Shown piece by piece: positions 1 to 9,409 of a DNA stretch of 64,000 nucleotides; within the stretch, counting starts at the first letter, position 1; each line of letters opens with the position of its first letter. The notes under the pieces were generated by a model, which saw only the letters and a list, made by a program, of their open reading frames with translations, was not told the origin of the DNA and did not search any database. The translations under genes were made by a program, and so were the position numbers. This DNA comes from Parcubacteria group bacterium (GTDB taxonomy: Bacteria > Patescibacteriota > Minisyncoccia > 2-02-FULL-40-12 > IGHO2-01-FULL-4-A). The stretch covers positions 28,746-92,745 of the forward strand of contig JBDRCU010000037.1 in NCBI GenBank assembly GCA_043821485.1. Direction: 5' to 3'.

Positions 1-605
1 AGCAATGTTCGCGCATGCGTGCGGGATATTTTCCCACTGCGAAGCGAGTCTTTAATATTATCCGGCAAATCTAACAATCTCAAAGTATTGGCAACAACTT
101 CCCTGCTTTTACCTACTCGCGTAGCTATTACTTTTTGAGTCAGGCCAAAATCATTGGATAATCTTGCATAGGCATCTGCTTCTTCAAGCGGGCTAAGATC
201 TTCTCTCTGTAAATTCTCAACCAAAGCAACTTCCAGTTTAATTTTATCGTCGTCAAGATTATTCTTTATAATTACAGGTACATGAGGCATGCGCGCAAGC
301 TTGGCGGCACGCAACCTTCTCTCCCCTGCTATAAGTTCGTATTCAATATCGATACCTCTATTGGTTTCCTTCTCTACCTTGGATACGAGTAATGGCTGAA
401 GAACTCCATGTCTCTTAATCGACGCTGCAAGCTCCTTCAGGCCTGATTTATCAAATGCCTGTCTTGGCTGTTCGCTATTCGGCTGTATCTTGCCTGTCTC
501 AACATAGAAAATATCCTCTTTCTTATTTGGAACACTCTGAGGCGGTCTTGATTGTGTTGGTATCAATGATTCAAGTCCTTTACCCAAGCCAAATAGTTTC
601 TTCAT
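1..605 (-). CDS. parB: ParB/Spo0J chromosome partitioning protein (truncated at window edge)
   Basis: Manual translation from ATG at 605: MKKLFGLGKGLESLIP...QPR...HGVLQPLLV...ELIAGERRLRAA...ENLQREDL; directly downstream of parA. Confidence 0.95.
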   Translation of the reverse strand, partial: MKKLFGLGKGLESLIPTQSRPPQSVPNKKEDIFYVETGKIQPNSEQPRQAFDKSGLKELAASIKRHGVLQPLLVSKVEKETNRGIDIEYELIAGERRLRAAKLARMPHVPVIIKNNLDDDKIKLEVALVENLQREDLSPLEEADAYARLSNDFGLTQKVIATRVGKSREVVANTLRLLDLPDNIKDSLRSGKISRTHARTL

Positions 606-609
606 AATA

Positions 610-1371
610 TTATGTTAATTGTATAACTTCACGGGCTAGATCTCTATAGGCCCTGGCTCCCCTGGAACCTTCATCAAATTGCAATATTGACTTGCCATAT
701 CCTGGCGCTTCTGCAAGCGATACTGATCTTGGAATTATTGATTCAAATACTCTGCCTGAAAACTTCTTTTGCAATTCATTCAAAACTTGCCGTGATAAAG
801 TATTGCGCCTGTCATACATTGTAGGCAACACTCCATATATTTGCAATTGAGGATTGAGTTGCTGTCGGACAAGATCAATCGTCTTTGTTAATTGTCCTAA
901 TCCTTCAAGTGCATAGTATTCACATTGCACAGGGATTATGAGTCCTTCAGCTGCAACAAGACCATTGATTGTGAGTATCCCAAGAGACGGCGGACTATCA
1001 ATTATTATATAGTCATAATTCGTACGAACTTTATCCAAAACTTCTTTAAGCTTGGTCTCACGATCTTCCATACTAATAAGTTCTACGTTTGCTCCTGCAA
1101 GACTGGCAGCGGCAGGAAGAACATCAAAACCCAATATTGAACTTCTGCGTATCAAACTATTCGGTTCTTTATCTCCTATTAAACTATGATAAAGATTTCC
1201 ATGATGATCAGCCATTTCAATACCAAGTCCAGCTGTTGCATTTGCCTGCGGATCAAGATCAACCAGAAGCACATATTTACCTGATGCAGCTAAGTAAGCG
1301 CCAAGATTAATAGCAGTAGTGGTTTTGCCCACTCCACCCTTTGCATTAATTGTTGCCAAAATCCGAGCCAT
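610..1371 (-). CDS. parA: ParA/Soj ATPase
   Basis: Deviant Walker A KGGVGKTTT, DLDPQANAT, IIDSPPSLG. Confidence 0.96.
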   Translation of the reverse strand: MARILATINAKGGVGKTTTAINLGAYLAASGKYVLLVDLDPQANATAGLGIEMADHHGNLYHSLIGDKEPNSLIRRSSILGFDVLPAAASLAGANVELISMEDRETKLKEVLDKVRTNYDYIIIDSPPSLGILTINGLVAAEGLIIPVQCEYYALEGLGQLTKTIDLVRQQLNPQLQIYGVLPTMYDRRNTLSRQVLNELQKKFSGRVFESIIPRSVSLAEAPGYGKSILQFDEGSRGARAYRDLAREVIQLT

Positions 1372-1432
1372 AGTATGACACTATGATACCGTTAATATTC
1401 TCTTGTGCCAAGAGTACAACGGAGACTCTACG

Positions 1433-1460
1433 TTGAAAAAACGGGGTTCAATGGTATAAT
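1433..1460 (+). promoter_or_regulatory. sigma70-type promoter for tRNA-Leu
   Basis: TTGAAA-N16-TATAAT with extended TG, 9 nt before the tRNA. Confidence 0.7.
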
Positions 1461-1469
1461 CCAAAACAA

Positions 1470-1556
1470 GCCCGGGTGTTGGAATCGGTAGACAAGATGG
1501 TCTCAAAAACCATTGTCCGAAAGGGCGTGCGAGTTCGACTCTCGCCCCGGGCACCA
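1470..1556 (+). tRNA. tRNA-Leu(CAA)
   Basis: GCCCGGG/CCCGGGC acceptor stem, anticodon arm ATGGT-CT-CAA-AA-ACCAT, long variable arm, GTTCGA T-loop, encoded CCA. Confidence 0.95.
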
Positions 1557-1618
1557 ATCATATCCTTTATCAACACACTTTAAAAACTAAGCTTTTCTAT
1601 TTAAGGTATAATTACAAT

Positions 1619-2131
1619 ATGAATTCAAAAGGATTTACACTCGTAGAGCTAATAGTTTCAATTGCAATTGTTGGCATTCTTGTAGTAATGATAAATATCA
1701 GACTGGATACTGTTCGGGCTAATGATCGGAATGCAAAAAGGCTATCTGACTTATTATATATCTCAACAGCGCTTGAGATGTATTACGATGATAATGATGA
1801 ATACCCGCAGGGATGTTTGGGCACAAGCCCGTCCGGACATGGATCAGACTTTGGCGATTGCGACACGAATTACATCACAAATTTAATAAACTATATCGAC
1901 CCCCTTCCAATAGATCCTTCCGGAGATGATCAATACGGCTATACATATCAGGTATCTGAAGACGGACAAAACTATAAGCTAAGAAATTGGCGTACAGTTG
2001 AACGCATCACTGTAGACAGAGATCATGCTTTTGCAAAATGCGCGCCTCATTGCACAGATGCTCATTGCGATAATAGCAGAGCACAAAAAAGTTTCGCTAT
2101 TTATACAAGCGGATATGCTTGTGTACAGTAA
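1619..2131 (+). CDS. Type IV pilin / GspG-like pseudopilin
   Basis: Class III signal KGFTLVELIVSIAIVGIL; LPIDP and Cys-rich C-terminal domain. Confidence 0.88.
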   Translation: MNSKGFTLVELIVSIAIVGILVVMINIRLDTVRANDRNAKRLSDLLYISTALEMYYDDNDEYPQGCLGTSPSGHGSDFGDCDTNYITNLINYIDPLPIDPSGDDQYGYTYQVSEDGQNYKLRNWRTVERITVDRDHAFAKCAPHCTDAHCDNSRAQKSFAIYTSGYACVQ

Positions 2132-2956
2132 TTAATTTTTAATAGCAAGTCTTACAGCATTCTTAAGTGCTGAAGAGATACCGATTGGTCCCACTCCCCC
2201 GGGAACAGGCGTTATAATAGACGCTTTGTTTTTTACTTCTTCAAAAACAACATTTCCCACGATCTGGCCATCAATCTTTTCATATCCAAAATCAATCACA
2301 ATAGCGCCTTCAGCTACCATATCCCCTGTTATTATCCCTGCTTTGTTTGCACCGGCAATAATGATATCGGCATGAATACTATGTTCTTTCTGATCAAGAG
2401 TATGCTCATTTAATATAGTTACTGTTGCACCGAGTGACGCAAGCCAATGTGCAATGGGCTTGCCAATAAGGATGCCATAACCAAATACTTTGCAATTCTT
2501 ACCTTTGGGATCTACATTATACTTTTCAAAAATAGCCTTCACTGCTTCAACAGATGGAGGCAAAATTTCTGATCGCCCTACAAAAAATGATCCTTGTGCT
2601 TTCTGTGATAACATGTCAGGATCTTTTTCTTCCGGAATTGCATTAAGAACATATTGCGTATTGATAGCCTCTGGAAAAGGAAGCTCAGCTATTATTGCAT
2701 GGTTTACAGAAGACTTTGCAATATCAACTACTTTTTTGCGAAAGTTCTGGCTGGTGATATCAGCTTCCATCTCATAGATACGCGATTCAATGCCAATACT
2801 CTTCCCTGCAGTACGCTTCATCTCAAGATATTTTTTTGATTCAGGATTGCCGGAAACATAAATCATTGCCAAACGAAGAGGCTTTGATCGCGACTTTAAT
2901 AGTTCTGCAGTTTGAGCAAGTATTTCGTCAGCTATTTTTTTACCCTCAACAATCAT
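2132..2956 (-). CDS. folD: Bifunctional methylenetetrahydrofolate dehydrogenase/cyclohydrolase
   Basis: IPEEKDPD, GKPIAHWL, VIDFG, ITPVPGGVGP. Confidence 0.93.
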   Translation of the reverse strand: MIVEGKKIADEILAQTAELLKSRSKPLRLAMIYVSGNPESKKYLEMKRTAGKSIGIESRIYEMEADITSQNFRKKVVDIAKSSVNHAIIAELPFPEAINTQYVLNAIPEEKDPDMLSQKAQGSFFVGRSEILPPSVEAVKAIFEKYNVDPKGKNCKVFGYGILIGKPIAHWLASLGATVTILNEHTLDQKEHSIHADIIIAGANKAGIITGDMVAEGAIVIDFGYEKIDGQIVGNVVFEEVKNKASIITPVPGGVGPIGISSALKNAVRLAIKN

Positions 2957-2961
2957 ATGGA

Positions 2962-3606
2962 TTAAAATTTTGTATTAAGAATCTTCTCTAAATCTGCAGG
3001 CTTAGCCGGACCTATTCGAAGGATGCGTGGTTTAATTTTTGAAAAATCAATTATGGTGGAAGGCGTGGACGAAGGCAATACTCCGGCATCTAATATCAGA
3101 TCGGGTTTCCACAATTGATCCTTGAATGATTCCAGTATCTTAGCTGGATCATCTGAACCTGCTTCTCCTGAAATATTAGCAGAAGTTACAGCAAGTGGAT
3201 AGCCGAATTTACCAAGAATTGAATCTATAAGAGGATAATCCGGAATACGGACAGCTACAGTTGGCTTTCCTTGCGTAACGTCATTGGGTATTATTGCTTT
3301 TTTTATAAGGACAACTGTTATTGGTCCGGGCCAAAGCTTATCCAAAACTGATTCAAGTTTCGGAGGAATAAAAGCAACTTCACGCAACCATTTCATATTA
3401 CGAACAAAAACTGGAAGAGGCTTAGTGCTAGACCTGCCTTTAATCTTATACAACTGCCTTGCCACATACGGATCGCATGCATTACATCCAAGCCCGTATA
3501 CTGTATCTGTTGGAAATACAACTGATCCGCCTTTCTTAAAGACATCAACAGCTGCGCGCACAGCATCAATATTATCTCCTTTTTGATTAAGTCGAATAAT
3601 TTTCAT
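2962..3606 (-). CDS. tsaC: L-threonylcarbamoyladenylate synthase (Sua5/YrdC)
   Basis: FPTDTVYGLG, KGRSSTKPL, WPGP, TSANISG, PSTIID. Confidence 0.93.
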   Translation of the reverse strand: MKIIRLNQKGDNIDAVRAAVDVFKKGGSVVFPTDTVYGLGCNACDPYVARQLYKIKGRSSTKPLPVFVRNMKWLREVAFIPPKLESVLDKLWPGPITVVLIKKAIIPNDVTQGKPTVAVRIPDYPLIDSILGKFGYPLAVTSANISGEAGSDDPAKILESFKDQLWKPDLILDAGVLPSSTPSTIIDFSKIKPRILRIGPAKPADLEKILNTKF

Positions 3607-3610
3607 AATA

Positions 3611-4618
3611 CTATTTCAATCCTGAGTCTGTCTCTATAGCAAGAGAGCTCAAACCTGCATTTATTAATCTTTTATTATATCCAGGTATTATACGTCCTTC
3701 AGGAGAAGACGGATGAAATTCAAGCTGGTTGTCATTGTACGTAATGCGTCCTTTATTCACAGACTTCTTATTTCCTGATTCAATTCTTCGTATTTGATAT
3801 GATCGTATATGCTTTTCTATAAATTTACCAATAGACAAATCCAAAATCCATTCAAATGTATTAGCAATCCAGCTTGGCTTAATATCTGTCATTTCTGTAT
3901 CCCATCTATATATATAATCCAGTAACCATCTGTTTTGTTCTTTAAACTCAATAACAATATCATCATTCAATGCCAGCATTGGAATAAGATTTGCATAGAG
4001 CTGTGCAGTATACATACTATGAAATGGAATATCCAAAGATTTATCAGTTATGAAATGATTTGCGCAAACTTTATCAGGCGCAATAAAATGTTTATTTGTG
4101 CGTCGCACTCCAAGACACGACAAAACAAATGATATCAAAAAACGCACTGTCCATATGTATCCTTTTCGCGTAATTACGAATATATCAAGGTCGCTCAATT
4201 CACTGGTATTACCCAAAGCAAGCGAACCAGAAGCAGAAATTGCTTTTACAAATGGCACGTGTCTCAACCACGAAACTGCATCCTTGGTTTTATCAATCTT
4301 ATCCCCTGCTAAGCGATACTTCTTTCTGCGAAGCGGGATAAGATATCTACGACCAAAGAGAAAATAGAAATTTCTGAATTTTGATACATTGCCTTGATTA
4401 ACAAGCCTATCAAGCGAATCTCTGACAGCATTCTCGCTAATATCTGATGGATCGTTATCTCCCCTGTTATTGCCACTCTCTGAATGCCTAATTTTCACCA
4501 AATATCTAAAAACCTCCCTTGCAGTCAAAGGCCAGTCCAAAGTGTCATAATATGCCAATGTTGCTATGATATTGTTTTCCACTATTGCAAGCCTAGCCGA
4601 AAACGTATCATTTAACAA
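3611..4618 (-). CDS. Pol-beta-superfamily nucleotidyltransferase-domain protein, function unknown
   Basis: SGSLALG...SDLDIFVI (GS..DxD) motif; TTG start uncertain. Confidence 0.65.
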   Translation of the reverse strand: MLNDTFSARLAIVENNIIATLAYYDTLDWPLTAREVFRYLVKIRHSESGNNRGDNDPSDISENAVRDSLDRLVNQGNVSKFRNFYFLFGRRYLIPLRRKKYRLAGDKIDKTKDAVSWLRHVPFVKAISASGSLALGNTSELSDLDIFVITRKGYIWTVRFLISFVLSCLGVRRTNKHFIAPDKVCANHFITDKSLDIPFHSMYTAQLYANLIPMLALNDDIVIEFKEQNRWLLDYIYRWDTEMTDIKPSWIANTFEWILDLSIGKFIEKHIRSYQIRRIESGNKKSVNKGRITYNDNQLEFHPSSPEGRIIPGYNKRLINAGLSSLAIETDSGLK

Positions 4619-4646
4619 TATCGTCTAATCCTGCTATAATATCTCT

Positions 4647-4985
4647 ATGTACGTTATTCGAATATTACTTGCAAACATTGTAGCAGTCTGGGTTGCCGAC
4701 TATTTTATAGACGGCTTTTGGGTTTCAGGAGACTTGAAAGAACTCCTCATTGCTGGTATCATCCTGGGGCTGATATTCCTGATCATAAAGCCTTTACTCA
4801 AGCTTGTTTCGCTCCCTTTGATCTGGATCACAGCAGGGCTATTCACCCTCGTAATATATGGCTTTCTCATCTGGGTTGTAGCTTATTTCATGTCCTCAAT
4901 GTCAGTGGCCCTATATATGCCACTGATCTGGGCGACTCTCATAATAGCGATAATCAATTACATAGCCAGAGGATTCAAACTCTAA
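4647..4985 (+). CDS. 4-TM membrane protein (phage holin family 4 / YvlD-like)
   Basis: Four hydrophobic helices; KPLLKLVSLPLIWITAGLFTLVI motif. Confidence 0.8.
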   Translation: MYVIRILLANIVAVWVADYFIDGFWVSGDLKELLIAGIILGLIFLIIKPLLKLVSLPLIWITAGLFTLVIYGFLIWVVAYFMSSMSVALYMPLIWATLIIAIINYIARGFKL

Positions 4986-4998
4986 GGCTTCAAAAAAT

Positions 4999-5217
4999 AT
5001 GGATGCATTTACGATTATTCAAACCTCCCTTGCTATCCTTTTGATAGTAACTATATTACTACAGCAAAAAGGCGCAGGCATGGGCGGTGCGATAGGAGGC
5101 GCTGGTTCAGAAGCAGGTTTTTCAACACGACGCGGTACAGAAAAAACGGTATTCACCGCAAGTATTATTATTGGTATTCTCTTTTTTGCTTTTTCTGTAA
5201 CTAGACTACTTCTATAG
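4999..5217 (+). CDS. secG: Preprotein translocase subunit SecG
   Basis: ILLQQKGAGMGGAIGG linker between two TMs, RRGTEK. Confidence 0.92.
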   Translation: MDAFTIIQTSLAILLIVTILLQQKGAGMGGAIGGAGSEAGFSTRRGTEKTVFTASIIIGILFFAFSVTRLLL

Positions 5218-5262
5218 GTTCCTCTTTTGATATGCATAACTCCTAGTTACGCATTTTAATTT

Positions 5263-7101
5263 ATGTCTGCTTACGACTTCAAACAATTAGATAATTTTTT
5301 CACCGGTAAAAACAAAGATAAAATTATATCTGGGAAATTTCATTTCATAACAAAACACTTCCCTACCAAAAAACAATTCCTGTACTTACCGAAGGTTCTT
5401 TCCCAAAAAGAAAGATACGCACTGCTTGCATCCATACTCGTAGCAGTCATTGCACTAATAACAATTCCCGTATGTGCCTACTACCACTTTACAGAACCAA
5501 CTCCTACCCATGGGGGGTCTTTCACCGAAGGCATCCTTGGAGAACCGCAAAACATTAATCCTTTACTCATCAATACAAGAGAGGTAGACACCGATCTTGT
5601 CCGATTAATATATTCCGGATTAGTCAGACTAGATGACAAAGGAAACATCCATCCTGGATTGGCAGAATCCTATACCATTTCAGATAGCGGTCTTGAATAC
5701 ACCTTCAATCTTCGACAGGATGCATTATGGCATGACGGTACTCCTGTTACAGCTGATGATATAGTATTCACTATACTCACGGTGCAAAATCTCGATGTTG
5801 ACAGTCCTCAAAGACTCAATTGGCAAGGAGTGGACGTTGAAAAAATTGACGAACAAACAATCAAATTAACTCTAAAAAACCCTCTTGCCCAATTCATCTA
5901 TACAACAACCATGGGAATTCTCCCTAAGCATGTATGGGAATCTGTATCTGCAGAAAATTTCAAAAGCACGAATCTGAATATCGAAGCAATAGGCTCAGGC
6001 CCTTATCGAATTAATGATATCGGACGAGGTGGAGGAGGAAGTGTTACTTCTATGACATTATCTTCATTCAGAAACTACTATTTAGAAGGGCCGTATATAG
6101 CAAAAATAGAGTTACATTTTTTTACGTCGCTTGATGATATGATATCAGCATATAATTCTGGCAAGATAGATACGATCGAGTTGCCTCTGCAAAGACGTCT
6201 TAGCGATCTTAATATCTCACAAAGATCAAAGATACAAACCGTAGACCAACACAGCTATTTCACTGTATTCTTTAACGAAAACCAAAATGAGATCTTTGCC
6301 GAAGATGACATACGTCTGGCATTGAATTATGGTACAGATAAACAAGCCATAATTGATACAGAACTTCTAGGACATGGCAGTGTTGTGGATTCTCCCTTAC
6401 TCCCTAAAATAACTGGAATAGAAAAACCTGAAAATATTTATCCTTACGATCAATCCCTTGGAATACATCTCCTTGAAAAAAATAACTGGAATATTTCCGG
6501 AGACCAAAAGATTCGTGAAAGGCTGAACGAATCCACAGAAGACGTCGAACAACTTTCCATAAAGCTAACCACACTCAATATGCTTGGCCTGCCGGAAGTA
6601 GCAGGAGAACTCAAATCCCAATGGGAAGAACTGGGATTCTCCGTCACAATAGAAACTCTATCAATACCCGAAATTCAAAAAGTAATTCAAGAACGAGACT
6701 TTGAGGCATTCCTATTCGGTGAAGTTATCCCCCTTGGATTAAACCAATTCAGTTTCTGGCATTCATCACAATCTCGATCCCCCGGTCTGAATATAGCCCT
6801 CTATGACAATCCCAGCGTAGACAAACTTCTTGAAGAAGCTAGGAGAACCATGGACGAGGTTAAACGCCTTGAAAAATACAATGAAATACAAAATATAATT
6901 ATTGGGGACGCTCCCGTAGTATTCCTATACAGCCCCAAGTACCTGTATATACAGCCTTCTGCCATAAAAAATGGTGAAATAACAGTAATCAATACTTCTC
7001 CTGATAGATTCAATGATATCCATGAATGGTACATAGAAACCAAGCGCATAAGGCCTACGGCAGACAAAACAACCCCTACTCCATCTCAAGACTTGCAATA
7101 A
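5263..7101 (+). CDS. Peptide/nickel ABC transporter substrate-binding protein (family 5), N-terminally anchored
   Basis: LAESYTIS..YTFNLR..WHDGTPVTADDIVFT, GSGPY. Confidence 0.9.
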   Translation: MSAYDFKQLDNFFTGKNKDKIISGKFHFITKHFPTKKQFLYLPKVLSQKERYALLASILVAVIALITIPVCAYYHFTEPTPTHGGSFTEGILGEPQNINPLLINTREVDTDLVRLIYSGLVRLDDKGNIHPGLAESYTISDSGLEYTFNLRQDALWHDGTPVTADDIVFTILTVQNLDVDSPQRLNWQGVDVEKIDEQTIKLTLKNPLAQFIYTTTMGILPKHVWESVSAENFKSTNLNIEAIGSGPYRINDIGRGGGGSVTSMTLSSFRNYYLEGPYIAKIELHFFTSLDDMISAYNSGKIDTIELPLQRRLSDLNISQRSKIQTVDQHSYFTVFFNENQNEIFAEDDIRLALNYGTDKQAIIDTELLGHGSVVDSPLLPKITGIEKPENIYPYDQSLGIHLLEKNNWNISGDQKIRERLNESTEDVEQLSIKLTTLNMLGLPEVAGELKSQWEELGFSVTIETLSIPEIQKVIQERDFEAFLFGEVIPLGLNQFSFWHSSQSRSPGLNIALYDNPSVDKLLEEARRTMDEVKRLEKYNEIQNIIIGDAPVVFLYSPKYLYIQPSAIKNGEITVINTSPDRFNDIHEWYIETKRIRPTADKTTPTPSQDLQ

Positions 7102-7202
7102 ATCAGATACTTGATATAATAGGCATACCATTAAACAGCATCTCGATTATTAAGACTTACTTACGATAAGCAACTTCTCTCTATATAGTTATGTTTCTTT
7201 TT

Positions 7203-7286
7203 GCCCGGGTGGTGGAATTGGCAGACACGCAGCGTTCAGAACGCTGTGAGCGCAAGCTCATGCGAGTTCGAGTCTCGCCTCGGGCA
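7203..7286 (+). tRNA. tRNA-Leu(CAG)
   Basis: Anticodon arm CAGCG-TT-CAG-AA-CGCTG, long variable arm, GTTCGA; CCA not encoded. Confidence 0.95.
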
Positions 7287-7372
7287 CAGCACTCTAAACT
7301 AGATATTAATTAATAGGACTCTCTCATCTGGCTCATATCAAATGTGCCAAGTGCAAATGTCCAAACTAAAGA

Positions 7373-9319
7373 ATGACAGGAAATAAATCGAAAGCACGCG
7401 TCCAGCTGGACGCAGAACCGGTCGAACCTAAAGAAGGAATCAAAAAAAATACATCCAGACGCAGACATATTCGCAGATCATCGAGTCCGTCTTCGCATGT
7501 AAAAGATACAATAAGGACTGCTCGCAGTGAATCCCAGACATCTCCGCGCAGAGCAACTCGCAAAGGACCTCGCCTGCGAGACAATCGCCGGCCTCCAAGC
7601 GGACTTAAACAATTAGTCCGGCTCAAACGTAAAACCAAAGATACTGCAGAAGGCTATGACGATTCACTAAAATATACTCCTCTGGGAGGTCTCGGTGAAA
7701 TCGGACGAAATATGGCTGTACTAGAATACAAGGATGAGATACTTCTCATTGATGCTGGTTTTGGTTTTCCAGAAAATGACCAACCCGGAATTGATTACAA
7801 TATTCCGAACATCAATTATCTAAAGGGTAAAGAGAAAAAAATTCAGGCACTTCTGATAACTCATGGTCACTATGATCACATTGGCGCACTCCCTTACATA
7901 ATGGACAAAATCGGCAATCCACCGATCTACTCATCACGGCTTACGGGAGCAATCGTAAAAAAACGCCATCTGGAATTCCCCCATCTTCCAGAGCTTGATA
8001 TAACAGAGGTTGACCACAAAGACACTATTAAGGTTGGCCAGTACTTTGAAATAGAATTTGTGCATGTTAATCACAATATGCCTGAAGACTTAGCTATGTA
8101 CATCAAAACTCCTGCAGGAACCATATTCCATACAAGTGATTTTAAATTTGATCCAACACCTCTTAATGAAGCTCCTACAGATATCGAATATCTTAAAGAA
8201 GTTGGAAAACGCGGAATCACATTACTTTTGTCTGATTCAACTGGAGCAGAAAAGCCTGGCGAATCAATATCAGAATCAGAAATTAGCAAAAACTTGGAAG
8301 AAATATACAAAACAGCCAAAGGCAGAATCATAGCGGCAACATTCGCATCCCTGATAAACCGTGTCCAACAAATGATTACATTGTCCGAAAAATATGGAAG
8401 AAAAGTAATCATAGATGGCTATAGTATGAAAAGTAATATAGAAATAATGAAAGAGCTTGGAGAAATCAGAATGAAAAAAGATACCCAAATCACTCCTGAC
8501 CAAATAGACAATTATCCCGACAATCAGATAATGGTAATTGGAACAGGTGCGCAAGGAGAAGAACGCGCTGTTATGATGCGCATTGCTTCTGGCGAACATA
8601 GACACGTAAGACTCCGCGCCGAAGATACTGTAATATTTTCATCTTCCGTAATTCCGGGGAATGAACGAACTGTACAGCGCTTACAGGATTTACTCTATAG
8701 AATGGATGTAAATGTATTCCATTATCAAATGATGGACATCCATGCAGGTGGTCATGCACTTCAGGATGATTTGAGAAAAATGATACAAATAATGAAGCCT
8801 AAATTCTTCATGCCTATTCACGGATATTATTCAATGATGGTTGTTCATGGCAGATTGGCACAGGAAGAAGGTATAAGCAAAGATAATGTACTCATTCCTG
8901 ACAATGGAAATATTATCCATATAACACCTAATGAATGGTGGTACGACAAGAAATCCGCAGAAATAGAGAACATCATGGTAGATGGTCTGGGCGTTGGAGA
9001 TGTCGGCAATGTTGTCATTCGAGACAGACAAGTACTTGCAGAAGAAGGCATGTTTGTAATCATTTCTCTAATCAATGGCCGAACAGGTGCAGTACAAGGA
9101 AGCCCTGATATCATTTCACGCGGATTTGTCTATCTTAAAGATAATAAGGAACTTCTGACAGAAGTACGCAACAAGGTTAAAGAGATTGTAAAGAAAACCA
9201 CCACAAGACCAATCAATACAACTGATCTCAAAAATAGTATCCGTGAAGAAATTGGTTTATTCCTTTTCAAAAAGACAGAACGACGTCCGATGATATTGCC
9301 TGTCGTGATAGAAGTGTAA
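7373..9319 (+). CDS. rnj: Ribonuclease J with Arg/Ser-rich N-terminal extension
   Basis: LGGLGEIGRNM, THGHYDHIG, GAQGE, IPGNE, HAGGH, RRPMILPVVIEV. Confidence 0.95.
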   Translation: MTGNKSKARVQLDAEPVEPKEGIKKNTSRRRHIRRSSSPSSHVKDTIRTARSESQTSPRRATRKGPRLRDNRRPPSGLKQLVRLKRKTKDTAEGYDDSLKYTPLGGLGEIGRNMAVLEYKDEILLIDAGFGFPENDQPGIDYNIPNINYLKGKEKKIQALLITHGHYDHIGALPYIMDKIGNPPIYSSRLTGAIVKKRHLEFPHLPELDITEVDHKDTIKVGQYFEIEFVHVNHNMPEDLAMYIKTPAGTIFHTSDFKFDPTPLNEAPTDIEYLKEVGKRGITLLLSDSTGAEKPGESISESEISKNLEEIYKTAKGRIIAATFASLINRVQQMITLSEKYGRKVIIDGYSMKSNIEIMKELGEIRMKKDTQITPDQIDNYPDNQIMVIGTGAQGEERAVMMRIASGEHRHVRLRAEDTVIFSSSVIPGNERTVQRLQDLLYRMDVNVFHYQMMDIHAGGHALQDDLRKMIQIMKPKFFMPIHGYYSMMVVHGRLAQEEGISKDNVLIPDNGNIIHITPNEWWYDKKSAEIENIMVDGLGVGDVGNVVIRDRQVLAEEGMFVIISLINGRTGAVQGSPDIISRGFVYLKDNKELLTEVRNKVKEIVKKTTTRPINTTDLKNSIREEIGLFLFKKTERRPMILPVVIEV

Positions 9320-9409
9320 AACGTAAGAAAATCTTGATATTTTCGTCATATTCTATACAATATATCCCCCTCTAAATAGCTAATGCTACAGGGAGGGAGA
9401 TATTTTATT

